Assembly: GCA_963818475.1 (NCBI GenBank)
Contig: CAWFSF010000006.1
Location: 1,664,001-1,728,000, forward strand
DNA length: 64,000 bases
Origin: Nitrospirota bacterium
GTDB lineage: Bacteria > Nitrospirota > UBA9217
Direction of reading: 5' to 3'
Positions 43,393 to 53,243 of this stretch are shown here, piece by piece. The notes beneath the pieces were generated by a model that was not told the origin of the DNA, searched no databases, and worked only from the letters and a program-made list of their open reading frames with translations. A program made the translations under genes and the position numbers. Positions within the stretch are counted from its first letter, which is position 1. Every line of letters begins with the position of its first letter.

Positions 43393-45380
43393 GTGCCAAA
43401 TATCAACAAAACGATCAGCGTAATCAAAATATACCCGAGATACAGCTGCAGGCTGCCGGACTGGAGCAGCTTCACTTTACCTGCAGCGGCGTGCACAGCG
43501 CGTGTCACCGGATCATAGACGTATCGTTCGAAGAAAGGCGTGATCTCGCCGCCGTAGTGAATGGACCGCACGAAGAAAGGCTTGATGATATACGAAACCT
43601 TCATATCACGGCTCGGGAGATAGATGCGTTTGTAGATGATCCTGAGCGGTTTGGTAAATGCCGTGGCCGTGTACTGCATGCGCGGCGTTAGCCCGCGGAT
43701 GCCGCAATCCCATGAGTCAGCGTACACGGTCTTTTTCCTGCTGCCCGCGAACCTCACGAAAAAAACGGCCCCGATGAAGATCAGCAGCATGACCCCGGCA
43801 AGCGCAGCGGTCGAGAGCGATGCCGCACCACCGGGAGTTATCAGGATGCCCTGCTGGTCCAGTTCTACCGGGGAGCCCGTAATGGCAAATACTGCGGGAG
43901 AGACCAGCGAAACAGGAATGCTCGGGAAAAGACCGAAGAGAATGCACAGAAGCGCAAGGAGCGCCATACCAGCGATCATCCATGTCGATGATTCCCGAGC
44001 TTCGGTTGCGTGCTCGCTCCGCGCCATGCCGAGGAAGGTTGTGCCGAAGGTCTTGACAAACCCGGCGGCAACGATCGCTCCGGTAAGCGCCAGAGCCGCT
44101 CCTCCCAAGGGCGAAACGATCTTTGCAAGAACGGATGAAGACTTGAAACCGAGCAGGAGCGACTGGTAGGTGAGCCACTCGCTCACGAACCCGTTCAGCG
44201 GCGGAAGGGCCGTTATGGCGAGGGCGCCCACGAGGAACAGAGCACCCGTCCAGGGCATGGTCTTCAGGAGCCCGCCCAGTTTCTCCATGTTCCGCGTCCG
44301 TGCGGCGCTTACGACCGACCCCGCTCCCAGGAACAGGAGGCTCTTGAAGAGGGCGTGGTTCACGGCGTGGTAAAGCGCAGCCGCAAGGGCAAAGCTTGAC
44401 AAAGCAAGCATCCCGCTGCTCCGGAACATCATGGATGCTCCGATGCCCAGCAGGATGATACCCACATTCTCCACGCTCGAGTAGGCGAGAAAGACCTTGA
44501 GATCGTTCTCCATGATCGCGTAGAGGATGCCCAGGACCGCCGAGCTCGCGCCGACCACGATGACCGTAATCCCCCACCACTCGGGCCCCGCTCCCAGCAC
44601 GTCCAGGGCGATCCGAAGAAAGCCGTACACTGCGGTCTTGATCATGACGCCGGACATGAGGGGTGTGATGTTCGAAGGCGCAACCGGATAGGCCCGGGGG
44701 ATCCAGGTATGGAGCGGGATGATGCCCGCCTTGGTGCCGAAGCCGATGAGCGCGAAGATGAATACCAGAGATCTGACGTCCTGCGGAAGCGCTGCTGCAG
44801 CGGCGCGCATGGACGAGAACTCCATGCTGCCGGTGTAATGATACAGCACGAGGAAGAGAACGATGATGAAGGCCGTTCCGATGTGGGTCATCACTACGGT
44901 AAACAGGCCTGCTTTTGCCGACTCTGCATTCCGGTCGAAGACCACGAGAAAATAGGCGGCCACTGCCATGGTTTCCCAGCATACCAGAAAGGTTATGATG
45001 TTCGCCGAAAGGACCACACCGTACATGCTGAGAACGAGGATGTTATAGAAGAACCCCAGGTAGCCGGCGTTCCTGATCCCTCGGGTAAAACCGATGGAGT
45101 AAAAAGAGACAGCGATGGTGATAAGGGATATGAGGACGACAAAGAAGCCCGAGAGCGCGTCGCAGGAGAAGGCAAAACTGAAGATCGAGGTTATGGGGAT
45201 TGTCGTGCCGATAAAAGGCGGAGTAAAGAGAAGATACCCGCCTGCAGCGAGAAAGAGGAGTGCGCCTGTCGTGGAGAAGAGATAGCTGAAGTTTCGTACT
45301 TTCGAGAGCGGGAGCTGTGAAGCGACTGCGCCGGAAAGAAAAAAGATAATGCCCAGAGATAATATATTTGCAACGTCCAT
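43389..45380 (-). CDS. Ehr cluster B HyfB-like antiporter subunit
   Basis: FLVCWETM, FGTKAGIIPLHTW, LAYSSVENVG, WDCG....RMQYT. Confidence 0.92.
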   Translation of the reverse strand: MDVANILSLGIIFFLSGAVASQLPLSKVRNFSYLFSTTGALLFLAAGGYLLFTPPFIGTTIPITSIFSFAFSCDALSGFFVVLISLITIAVSFYSIGFTRGIRNAGYLGFFYNILVLSMYGVVLSANIITFLVCWETMAVAAYFLVVFDRNAESAKAGLFTVVMTHIGTAFIIVLFLVLYHYTGSMEFSSMRAAAAALPQDVRSLVFIFALIGFGTKAGIIPLHTWIPRAYPVAPSNITPLMSGVMIKTAVYGFLRIALDVLGAGPEWWGITVIVVGASSAVLGILYAIMENDLKVFLAYSSVENVGIILLGIGASMMFRSSGMLALSSFALAAALYHAVNHALFKSLLFLGAGSVVSAARTRNMEKLGGLLKTMPWTGALFLVGALAITALPPLNGFVSEWLTYQSLLLGFKSSSVLAKIVSPLGGAALALTGAIVAAGFVKTFGTTFLGMARSEHATEARESSTWMIAGMALLALLCILFGLFPSIPVSLVSPAVFAITGSPVELDQQGILITPGGAASLSTAALAGVMLLIFIGAVFFVRFAGSRKKTVYADSWDCGIRGLTPRMQYTATAFTKPLRIIYKRIYLPSRDMKVSYIIKPFFVRSIHYGGEITPFFERYVYDPVTRAVHAAAGKVKLLQSGSLQLYLGYILITLIVLLIFGT

Positions 45381-45512
45381 GTTTTAAAGACTACGCAGAG
45401 CCTGACGGACCATGCCGCCGGGCATTGCGAAGAATCTCGATTTTCAAAGTTCGACGACCGTGGTGCTGCCAAGTTGGTCCCAGGCCGTGATGCCGAAAAA
45501 CAAAAGCGAGCA

Positions 45513-45542
45513 AATGTACAACAACTTGGCGTGTTCTGTCAA
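45513..45542 (-). promoter_or_regulatory. sigma70 promoter of the Ehr B(+A) operon
   Basis: Minus strand TTGACA-18 nt-TACATT, about 130 nt upstream of the hyfB ATG. Confidence 0.6.
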
Positions 45543-45681
45543 GGTGAAAATGCCCGTTTGCGATCTGTGCCTCAAATTTTATTTGCAATATTTATCCTTT
45601 GTGTATATTATCATTTGCGTTGCCAACTATTTACCATAACGAGCCCGGCCTTTTTCCGGAAATTATCCTGAAGGAGTTCTT

Positions 45682-46170
45682 ATGGCCCAAAAAACAGCTA
45701 TGGTCGCGGAAATCGTCGACAACCTGAGGCGTGTTTTTCAGGTGGTGAACGAGCAAGCGAAAAAGGCGGAGCTCAAAACCGGGCTTACCGGTCCGCAGCT
45801 CTGGGCGATCAAAGTCATATCCAAGGAATCGCCGATCATGGTTTCCGATATTGCACGCCGCATGTACCTTCACCCCGCGACCGTGGTCGGGATCCTCGAC
45901 CGCCTCGAACTCCAGGGCCTTGTCACGCGAGTCCGTTCTCTGACGGATCGCAGAATTGTACACCTCGAGTTAACCGCGAAAGGGCAGGCCTTGGTGAATA
46001 AATCTCCTGAAGTCGCCACAGGCACCCTGGTCGCAGGGCTTGAGAAGCTGTCTGTGATCGAACTCAAGGGCATCTCGGGCGGCATGGAACGGATCGTAAA
46101 AATTCTCGGCGCACAGGGGATCCCGCCGCAGCTCATTCATTCGCCGGGAGTAAATACGCCTTCGGAATAA
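45682..46170 (+). CDS. MarR-family transcriptional regulator
   Basis: GLTGPQLWAI, HPATVVGILDRLE..GLV.R.RS..DRR.V.L.LT.KG. Confidence 0.92.
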   Translation: MAQKTAMVAEIVDNLRRVFQVVNEQAKKAELKTGLTGPQLWAIKVISKESPIMVSDIARRMYLHPATVVGILDRLELQGLVTRVRSLTDRRIVHLELTAKGQALVNKSPEVATGTLVAGLEKLSVIELKGISGGMERIVKILGAQGIPPQLIHSPGVNTPSE

Positions 46171-46249
46171 ACAGCCCTTACGGAAACGAGTATGGTAGCC
46201 GCAAGAGTGCGGTGTTGGGCCGGCGTTGAGTGATCATATCTCTTCATCC

Positions 46250-46424
46250 CAACCCGGACAAACCGGAAAACAGTTTAGCCACAAAAGTCACAAAGAACAC
46301 AAAGGAAAACGAAAACCATAACAGTTTTTAACACATTCCAGCTTTTCTCTGTGCCCTTTGTGCTTTCTGTGGCAAAATATTCTTGCCATTTTGAGTTGAA
46401 TTTGATTCTTGAGTAACTACCCAG
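46250..46424 (+). repeat. MITE-like element with internal inverted 9-mer arms
   Basis: CAACCCGGACAAACCGGAA ... GCCACAAAAGTCACAAAGAACACAAAG / CTCTGTGCCCTTTGTGCTTTCTGTGGC ... GTAACTACCCAG. Confidence 0.6.
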
Positions 46425-46435
46425 GAGTACCGGCA

Positions 46436-48475
46436 ATGCCCGAAGGATTGGAAATGCTCTCCGGACTGTTCATCGCTTCGATCGTTCTGCTCGCGATCGC
46501 CGGATTGCTGCCGCTTTTCTTCCCGCGTTCGAAGCGGCTCGCGGCATTATCCTTCTCAATAGGCGTGCTCGCCGGAATGGTGCTCGCGGTTTTCTCCATC
46601 GGCGCGCTGCTGAACAACGTGCCGCTCAGATTCGAGTTGCCCGCGGGCCTCTTCCCGCCCGAGCCTCCGGCATTCGTGATCGACGCGCTCTCTGCCTTTT
46701 TCTGCCTCATCCTTTCCATCCTGCTGACCGCGATCTCGCTCTATTCGATCCGCTACCTGGACCATTACGACGGCACCCCCGTCGGGGTCCTGGCCGGGTT
46801 CTTTCACTTCATCGCCCTCTCCATACTGATGATTTTCTCGGCAGACAACAGCTTCCAGTTCCTGATCGCCTGGGAGCTGATGACGCTCTTCGCCTTTTTC
46901 CTCGTGGTGTATGAATACCGGAAGGAGCAGGCCGTGCGCGCGGGCGTGTACTACCTCAGCGTGACCCATTTCGGCACCCTGTTCCTGATCGCCATGTTCA
47001 TCCTCCTGCAGAAGTTCTCCGGGACCATGCTCTTTTCCCAGACCGCCGCTCAGCTCGGGAACTTCCCGCGCTGGTCGCTCACCTTCGTTTTCATCGCTTC
47101 GCTCGTCGGCTTCGGATGCAAGGCGGGCGTTTTCCCGTTCCATATCTGGCTGCCGCTGGCCCACCCGGTGGCGCCGTCGAACGTGTCGGCGTTCATGTCG
47201 GGCCTGCTGATCAAAACGGGGATCTACGGCCTGCTCAGGATCCTGCTGATCGTCCATGGCTCGGCGGAGCTGTGGTGGGGCGTTCTGCTGCTCGTGGTCG
47301 CATCGGTCTCGGCCCTGCTCGGCATCATGTATGCGCTCATGGAACACGATCTCAAGCGGCTGCTCGCCTACTCCAGCATCGAGAACATCGGGATCATCCT
47401 GATCGGCGTGGCCATGGCCTTGATCTTCAGCGCCTCCGGCATGCCCGTGCTCGCCGGGTTCGCCCTCACCGCCGGGCTCTTCCACACACTGAACCATGCG
47501 GTGTTCAAGGCGCTCCTCTTCCTCGGCGCGGGCGGCGTGCACAGCGTGACGCATACGCGGGACATGGAGAAACTGGGCGGCCTCGCCCGGCTCATGCCCT
47601 GGACCGCGGCCGCGTTCCTGGTCGGCGCGCTCTCCATCTCGGCCATCCCGCCGCTCAGCGGTTTTGTGAGCGAATGGATGTCCTTTGTTTCGATCATCCA
47701 GGTCTACCGGATCGATCAGGTGCCGCAGGTTCTCCGGATCACCGTCCCCCTGGCGGGCGCCATGCTTGCGCTCACCGGCGCGCTTGCAGCAGCCTGCTTC
47801 GTGAAGGTCTACGGCATCGTCTTCCTCGGCACGCCGCGCTCCGAAAAGGCCCTGACGGCGAACGAACTGCCGGTCCCCATGCGGCTGGCGCAGCTCCTGC
47901 TTGCCCTGGTATGTATCGTGACCGGGGCGTTCCCGTTCCTCGTGATCAACGCCACCCGGGACATCCGAACGGCCTTCTTCGGGCCCGATGCGCTCATCGC
48001 GGCGGGTCCCCGGTTCCTTGCCGCGCCCGGCGACGCGGGTTCCATCTCGACGCTCGCGGTGTTCGGCGCGTTATTCCTCTTCCTGGCGCTCGGGCTGCTC
48101 CTTACGCGTGCCTTTGGGAAGGGAAGAACATCTGAAAATATCACCTGGGCCTGCGGCGGTGAGGCAGGCGGCAGGCACCAGTACACGGCAACGGGATTTT
48201 CGAAACCGATCCGCAGGATCTTCAGCGCCCTCTACCAGCCCAAAAAACAGATCGTCGTGGATACGACCGCCGAGAACAAATACCAGATCCGGTCCATCAA
48301 GTTCCACGGCATGACGCAGAACGTCTTTGAACGTTACCTCTATCTCCCGCTCATCGACGTGGCCAACAAGCTCTCCCGGAAGGTCCTCGCCGGGCAGGAA
48401 GGCAACATCAACGGCTACCTGGCCTACATCTTCCTGCTGTTCATCCTGATGCTGCTCGCGGGAGGCGCGCGATGA
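46436..48475 (+). CDS. Ehr cluster C HyfB-like antiporter subunit
   Basis: FLIAWELM, KAGVFPFHIWLPLAHPVAPS, DLKRLLAYSSIENIG, TWACG...QYT; AGGAG RBS before the ATG at 46436. Confidence 0.92.
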   Translation: MPEGLEMLSGLFIASIVLLAIAGLLPLFFPRSKRLAALSFSIGVLAGMVLAVFSIGALLNNVPLRFELPAGLFPPEPPAFVIDALSAFFCLILSILLTAISLYSIRYLDHYDGTPVGVLAGFFHFIALSILMIFSADNSFQFLIAWELMTLFAFFLVVYEYRKEQAVRAGVYYLSVTHFGTLFLIAMFILLQKFSGTMLFSQTAAQLGNFPRWSLTFVFIASLVGFGCKAGVFPFHIWLPLAHPVAPSNVSAFMSGLLIKTGIYGLLRILLIVHGSAELWWGVLLLVVASVSALLGIMYALMEHDLKRLLAYSSIENIGIILIGVAMALIFSASGMPVLAGFALTAGLFHTLNHAVFKALLFLGAGGVHSVTHTRDMEKLGGLARLMPWTAAAFLVGALSISAIPPLSGFVSEWMSFVSIIQVYRIDQVPQVLRITVPLAGAMLALTGALAAACFVKVYGIVFLGTPRSEKALTANELPVPMRLAQLLLALVCIVTGAFPFLVINATRDIRTAFFGPDALIAAGPRFLAAPGDAGSISTLAVFGALFLFLALGLLLTRAFGKGRTSENITWACGGEAGGRHQYTATGFSKPIRRIFSALYQPKKQIVVDTTAENKYQIRSIKFHGMTQNVFERYLYLPLIDVANKLSRKVLAGQEGNINGYLAYIFLLFILMLLAGGAR

Positions 48476-49431
48476 TTGTTCTCGTTCTGCTCAGTACGCT
48501 CCAGGTCCTGACGCTGCTTTTGGTGGGACCGTTGTTTGCGAACTTCATCAGGATCGTCCATGCCCGGCTCCAGGGAAGGCAGGGGCCGCCGCTTTTGCAG
48601 GGACACTACGATATTTTCAAGCTGCTGCAGAAGGACCGCATCTATTCGGTCCGGTCGTCCTTCGTGACGCGCATCACGCCGGCGATCAACTTCGCCGCGG
48701 TCTGCGTCGCTGCTCTGATGGTCCCGGTGCTCAGCACGACGGTCCCCTTCCATTTCGCCGGCGACTTCATCGTATTCATCTACCTCTTCGGCCTGGCGCG
48801 TTTTTTAACGGCGCTCACCGGGCTTGACGCGGGCTCCACCTTCGGCGGCATGGCCTCGAGCCGCGAAATGACCCTCTCGTCTTTGGCCGAGCCGGCGATC
48901 CTGCTCGGGTTCATCGTGATCTCGACCGCGGCCGGGAGCATGGACATCTCGGTCATGACAGCCCAACTCATCCACCTGCCCGGCAAGTACGTGAATCCCT
49001 TTTTCATCCTGACGCTCCTTTCCTTTTCCATCGTCATCATGGCCGAGAACGGCAGGGTGCCCTTCGACAATCCCGCGACGCACCTGGAGCTCACCATGGT
49101 CCATGAGGGCATGGTGCTTGAACTTTCCGGCAGGGACCTCGGCGTCTTCCAGTGGGCGCACGCGTCGCGGCTCCTGGCGCTCACGGTCGTGGCCTTGGAC
49201 GTCTTTTTCCCCTTCGGCCTCGCAACGGAAGTGACAACCTACGCTCTGATGATCTCGCTCGGCGCATTACTCCTGAAACTCTTCATCGCCGCTGTTGTTA
49301 TAGCATACGTCGAGACCGCGAACGCCAAGTACCGCCTCTTCCGCCTTCCCGATCTGCTTACCCTGGCTTTCGTGTTCTCGCTCATTGCGCTGATCGCCTA
49401 CTATGCTACGGAGGTGGCCGGTGCCCGTTGA
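48472..49431 (+). CDS. Ehr cluster C HyfC/NuoH-like subunit
   Basis: QGRQGPPLLQ..YD..KL..K, GGMASSREM, AENGRVPFDNPATHLELTMVHEGM. Confidence 0.92.
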   Translation: MIVLVLLSTLQVLTLLLVGPLFANFIRIVHARLQGRQGPPLLQGHYDIFKLLQKDRIYSVRSSFVTRITPAINFAAVCVAALMVPVLSTTVPFHFAGDFIVFIYLFGLARFLTALTGLDAGSTFGGMASSREMTLSSLAEPAILLGFIVISTAAGSMDISVMTAQLIHLPGKYVNPFFILTLLSFSIVIMAENGRVPFDNPATHLELTMVHEGMVLELSGRDLGVFQWAHASRLLALTVVALDVFFPFGLATEVTTYALMISLGALLLKLFIAAVVIAYVETANAKYRLFRLPDLLTLAFVFSLIALIAYYATEVAGAR

Positions 49432-50078
49432 TATCCTGCTGGAATCGCGTTTGATCAACCTGATCTATGTCTTCGCCCTGGCCGTGGTTATCTGGGCCGT
49501 GGCGAGTTCGGGCATCCCGTCGATGATCCGTCTCTTCGGGCTCCAGTCCTTTCTGCTCGCCTGCGGCACGGCGCTCATCGCCCGCGTGGCCAAGTGAACC
49601 GCACATGTTCTACGCGTCCCTGTTCACGATCGTGTTCAAGGTCATACTGATCCCGCTGGTGCTGACCTACATCATGAACCGGCTCAAGATCAGGAAGGAG
49701 ATCGAGGACTTCATCAACATTCCCTCGGCCCTCATCGTCTGCTCGATCCTGACGATCATCGCCTACGCCGTGACCCTGCGCGTGATCCAGGCAAAGGCAA
49801 CCTTCAACGTGGCCGGCGTGTTCGCCGTGGCCGTCGCGATCATGCTGATCGGTTTTTTCATCATGGTAAACCGGAAGAAGACCCTGACCCAGATCATCGG
49901 CCTCATGTTCGTCGAGAACGGCGTGTTCCTGGCCGCCGTGGCCATGACTTACGGGATGCCGCTGCTCGTCGAGTTCGGCATCTTCTTTGACGTGTTCGTG
50001 GCCATCCTCATCATGGGGATCATGCTGTTCAAGATCTGGGACACCCTTTCGGACATGGACTACAAGGAGAATCTGTGA
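49421..50078 (+). CDS. Ehr cluster C HyfE-like subunit (frameshift ~49593)
   Basis: LFGLQSFLLA in one frame, then KVILIP..L, QIIGLMFVENG, TYGMPLLVEFGIFFD. Confidence 0.85.
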
Positions 50079-51541
50079 CGGCCTTCGAGACCCTGCTTAT
50101 CATCCCCGGCACGCTGGCCCTGCTTTCGATCGCCCTGCCGTGGCGGCGCGTCGTCAACGTCGTGAACGTCAGCGGGTACCTGGCCTACGGGGTCGTGACC
50201 GCGCTCCTGGTCCGGTCCCATCTCTCGGGGCTTGATGGACGCGCAACCGGGCCCTTTCATCACGACGCCCTGACGCTGCTCATCCTCATGATCATCGCCC
50301 TCGTGGGCTTTGCCGGCGTGCTCTATTCGGCGTCCTTTATCGCCGATAAGATCAAACGGCACAGTCTCGGTCCGGGCAAATACCGCAAGTACTTCGCGCT
50401 GTACAACCTGCTGTTCTTCGCCATGACCCTCCTGGTGCTGGCGGACAACATCGGCGTCATGTGGGTGTCCATCGAGGCCACGACCCTGGCGTCGGCGCTT
50501 TTGGTCAGCTTCGACAACCGGCGGGAATCGGTGGAAGCGGCCTGGCGGTATCTCCTGATCTGCTCCATCGGCATCGCCTTCGCGCTCTTCGGCACGGTCC
50601 TCACCTACTATGCATCGAGCCAGGCAGCAGGGCCCGAGAGCGGGAGCCTGAGCTGGAGAACGCTCTTGGGAAGCGCCGCCACGATCGATCCCGCGTCCAT
50701 GAAATTCGCCTTCCTGTTCCTGCTGCTGGGCTACGGCACCAAGGCCGGGCTCGTTCCGATGGCACGGTGGAAACCACAGACCTACGGCGAGGCGCCGTCC
50801 CCGGTCAGCGCCGTGCTCGCCGGCGCGCTCGTGGCCTGCTCGCTCTACACCCTCGTACGCTTCGCGGTCCTCTGCGGCGCCGTGCTCGGCGCGGCCACGG
50901 TCAGCCGCTACCTCATTTTCTTCGGCATCATTTCCGTTGCCTTCTCCGTGCCGCTCATCATCGCCGAGAACGACGTAAAGCGGGTCTTCGCCTACTCGAG
51001 CATCGAGCACGTGGGGATCATCACGGTCGGGCTCGGCTTCGGGACCTTCTTCGGCATCTACGGCGCGCTGCTCCACATCCTGAACAACTCGGTCATGAAG
51101 ACCGCGCTCTTTTTGTCGGCAGGCAACCTGGTGAGCGCCACCGGCGAGAAGGACGTGCGAAGGCTGTCGTGCATGATCAAGAGCACGCCGCTCATGACGA
51201 TCGGGTTCCTTGCGGCAGTCGTGGCGGTGACCGCCATGCCGCCGTTCTCGCTCTTCCTGTCCGAGTTCAATATCATCCGGGGCGGCATCCAGTCCGGCAG
51301 CTACCTGGCCGTGGGGGTCCTGATGCTCGCGCTCTTTCTGGTGTTCACCGCGTTCTACGTGAAGTTCTCCAAGGTCGCCTTCGGGGACGAGTGCCGGGCT
51401 GACTCGCGGCCGGTGGCGCTGATCCAGCAGATCATCCCGGTGGTGTTGCTCGTTCCGATGCTGCTGTTCGGTTTTTACATACCCTCTCCGCTCCACCGCC
51501 TCCTGGTCGAAGCGGCCGGTTTGTTCGGGGTGAAACCATGA
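50075..51541 (+). CDS. Ehr cluster C HyfF-like subunit
   Basis: WVSIEATT, EAAWRY, GYGTKAGLVPM, KRVFAYSSIEHVG. Confidence 0.9.
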   Translation: MTAFETLLIIPGTLALLSIALPWRRVVNVVNVSGYLAYGVVTALLVRSHLSGLDGRATGPFHHDALTLLILMIIALVGFAGVLYSASFIADKIKRHSLGPGKYRKYFALYNLLFFAMTLLVLADNIGVMWVSIEATTLASALLVSFDNRRESVEAAWRYLLICSIGIAFALFGTVLTYYASSQAAGPESGSLSWRTLLGSAATIDPASMKFAFLFLLLGYGTKAGLVPMARWKPQTYGEAPSPVSAVLAGALVACSLYTLVRFAVLCGAVLGAATVSRYLIFFGIISVAFSVPLIIAENDVKRVFAYSSIEHVGIITVGLGFGTFFGIYGALLHILNNSVMKTALFLSAGNLVSATGEKDVRRLSCMIKSTPLMTIGFLAAVVAVTAMPPFSLFLSEFNIIRGGIQSGSYLAVGVLMLALFLVFTAFYVKFSKVAFGDECRADSRPVALIQQIIPVVLLVPMLLFGFYIPSPLHRLLVEAAGLFGVKP

Positions 51542-53084
51542 GAAGCAAAGCATATACGTTCATCCATACCTACAACGCTACGCACGATAATGGGAACGAA
51601 TACACCATCACGGTCAAGCCGAAAGACCTGGTCAAGATCGCGAAACACGTTCACCGTGATCTGCGCGGCGTGGTGAGCTCGGTGTTCTGCACGCAGGAGA
51701 CAGAACGGATACACGCTGGTGCTGGTCTTCTCGATCCGGGCCTCGGGGCTGTTCGTCATTCTACGGTGCCATTCCGATGCTCCCCAATTCCCGGCAATCT
51801 CGCCCATCGATGCACGCGGCAGCCTGGTTCGAGCGGGAGATCCAGGACCTCTTCGGCGTCACCATGGAAGGCCATCTCGATCCGCGTCCGCTCATGCTGT
51901 TCCCGGAAAACTGGCCTGCCGGCATGCACCCGCTTCGCAAGGACTATCCCGCAGGCCAACGGCCGACGGTGCAGACCGCGAAATTCGCGTATCAGCGCGT
52001 GGAAGGCGAGGGAGTGTACGAGATCCCCGTGGGACCGGTGCATGCGGGCGTGATCGAACCGGGCCATTTCCGGTTCTCCGTGGCCGGCGAGCCGATCATC
52101 AAGCTTGAAGCGCGGCTCTTCTGGAAGCATAAAGGGATCGAAAAACAGTTCGAGGGCAAAGACCCCCTGGCCATGGTTGCGCTCGCCGAGCGGATCTCGG
52201 GCGACGAGTCCTTCAGCCACGCCTTTGCCTATGTCCATGCTGTTGAACGGATCTGCGGCGTCTCCGTCCCCTTGCGGGCCGAGTATCTGCGAGGCATCGC
52301 GGCGGAGCTGGAGCGGGTGTCCATGCATCTCTTCGACATCGGCAACATCTGCGTCGGTACCGCGTTCAACTTCGGGGCAGCAACCCTCTGGCGTCAGAAG
52401 GAATCGCTCATGCGCGAGTGCGAACGGTTGTTCGGCAGCCGCTTCCTGCGCAACGTGGTCCGCCCCGGCGGTGTGGCCAGGGACGTTTCAAGCGGCGATC
52501 TTACTTCCCTGAACAAGCTTCTGGCCCGCATCCTTGTCGAGGCGGAGTCCATCATCAAGATCATGCAGTCCAGCTCCTCGATCCTGGACCGGCTCAGGAC
52601 CACGGCGCCGCTCCGTCGCGAAGAGGCCCTGGATTTCGGCACTGTCGGCGTGGTTGCGCGCGGCTCGGGCATCGGCTTCGACGCGCGGTTCCATATTCCC
52701 TATTCCGTGTACCGCATTCACCGGCCGAACGTAGTGGTCGAAACAGATGGGGATGTGCAGGCGCGGATCATGGTGCGCGTGGGCGAACTGCGGGAATCCA
52801 TCCGGTATATCGGCGAGCTGATCGCCGCCATCCCCGACGGCCCGGTTGCCGCCCCGGTGACCGGGGTTGACGATGGCGGCGCGCTGGGCTGGGCTGAGAC
52901 CCCGCGCGGCATGGTGCTGTTCTGGGTGGAGACGCGGGAAGGAAAGCTCGGGCGCGTAAAGATCACGTCGCCGTCGTTCCTGAACTGGCACGCCATGCCC
53001 CAGGCCATTTCAGGCATGATCGTCCCCGACTTCCCGCTGCTGAATAAGAGCTTCGGCCTTTCCTATTCCGGGTGCGACGGGTGA
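51538..53084 (+). CDS. Ehr cluster C large subunit (HyfG-like, no NiFe cysteines; frameshifts ~51710-51810)
   Basis: WFEREIQDLFG, EIPVGPVHAGVIEPGHFRF, ERISGDESFSH, ETPRG, PDFPLLNKSFGLSYSGCDG. Confidence 0.9.
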
Positions 53085-53243
53085 AGGAAGCAAGTCAGAT
53101 TCAGATGCATTTTCTCGCGGAGACGCGGAGACGCAGAGAAGTCAACGGCTTGAAACAAAGGATAAGAAATTGACCTTCTTTTATTTAAGGATTTCCTTGG
53201 CAACCTTTGCGCCTTTGCGAGAGACGCCTTGCTTTTGACCTTA

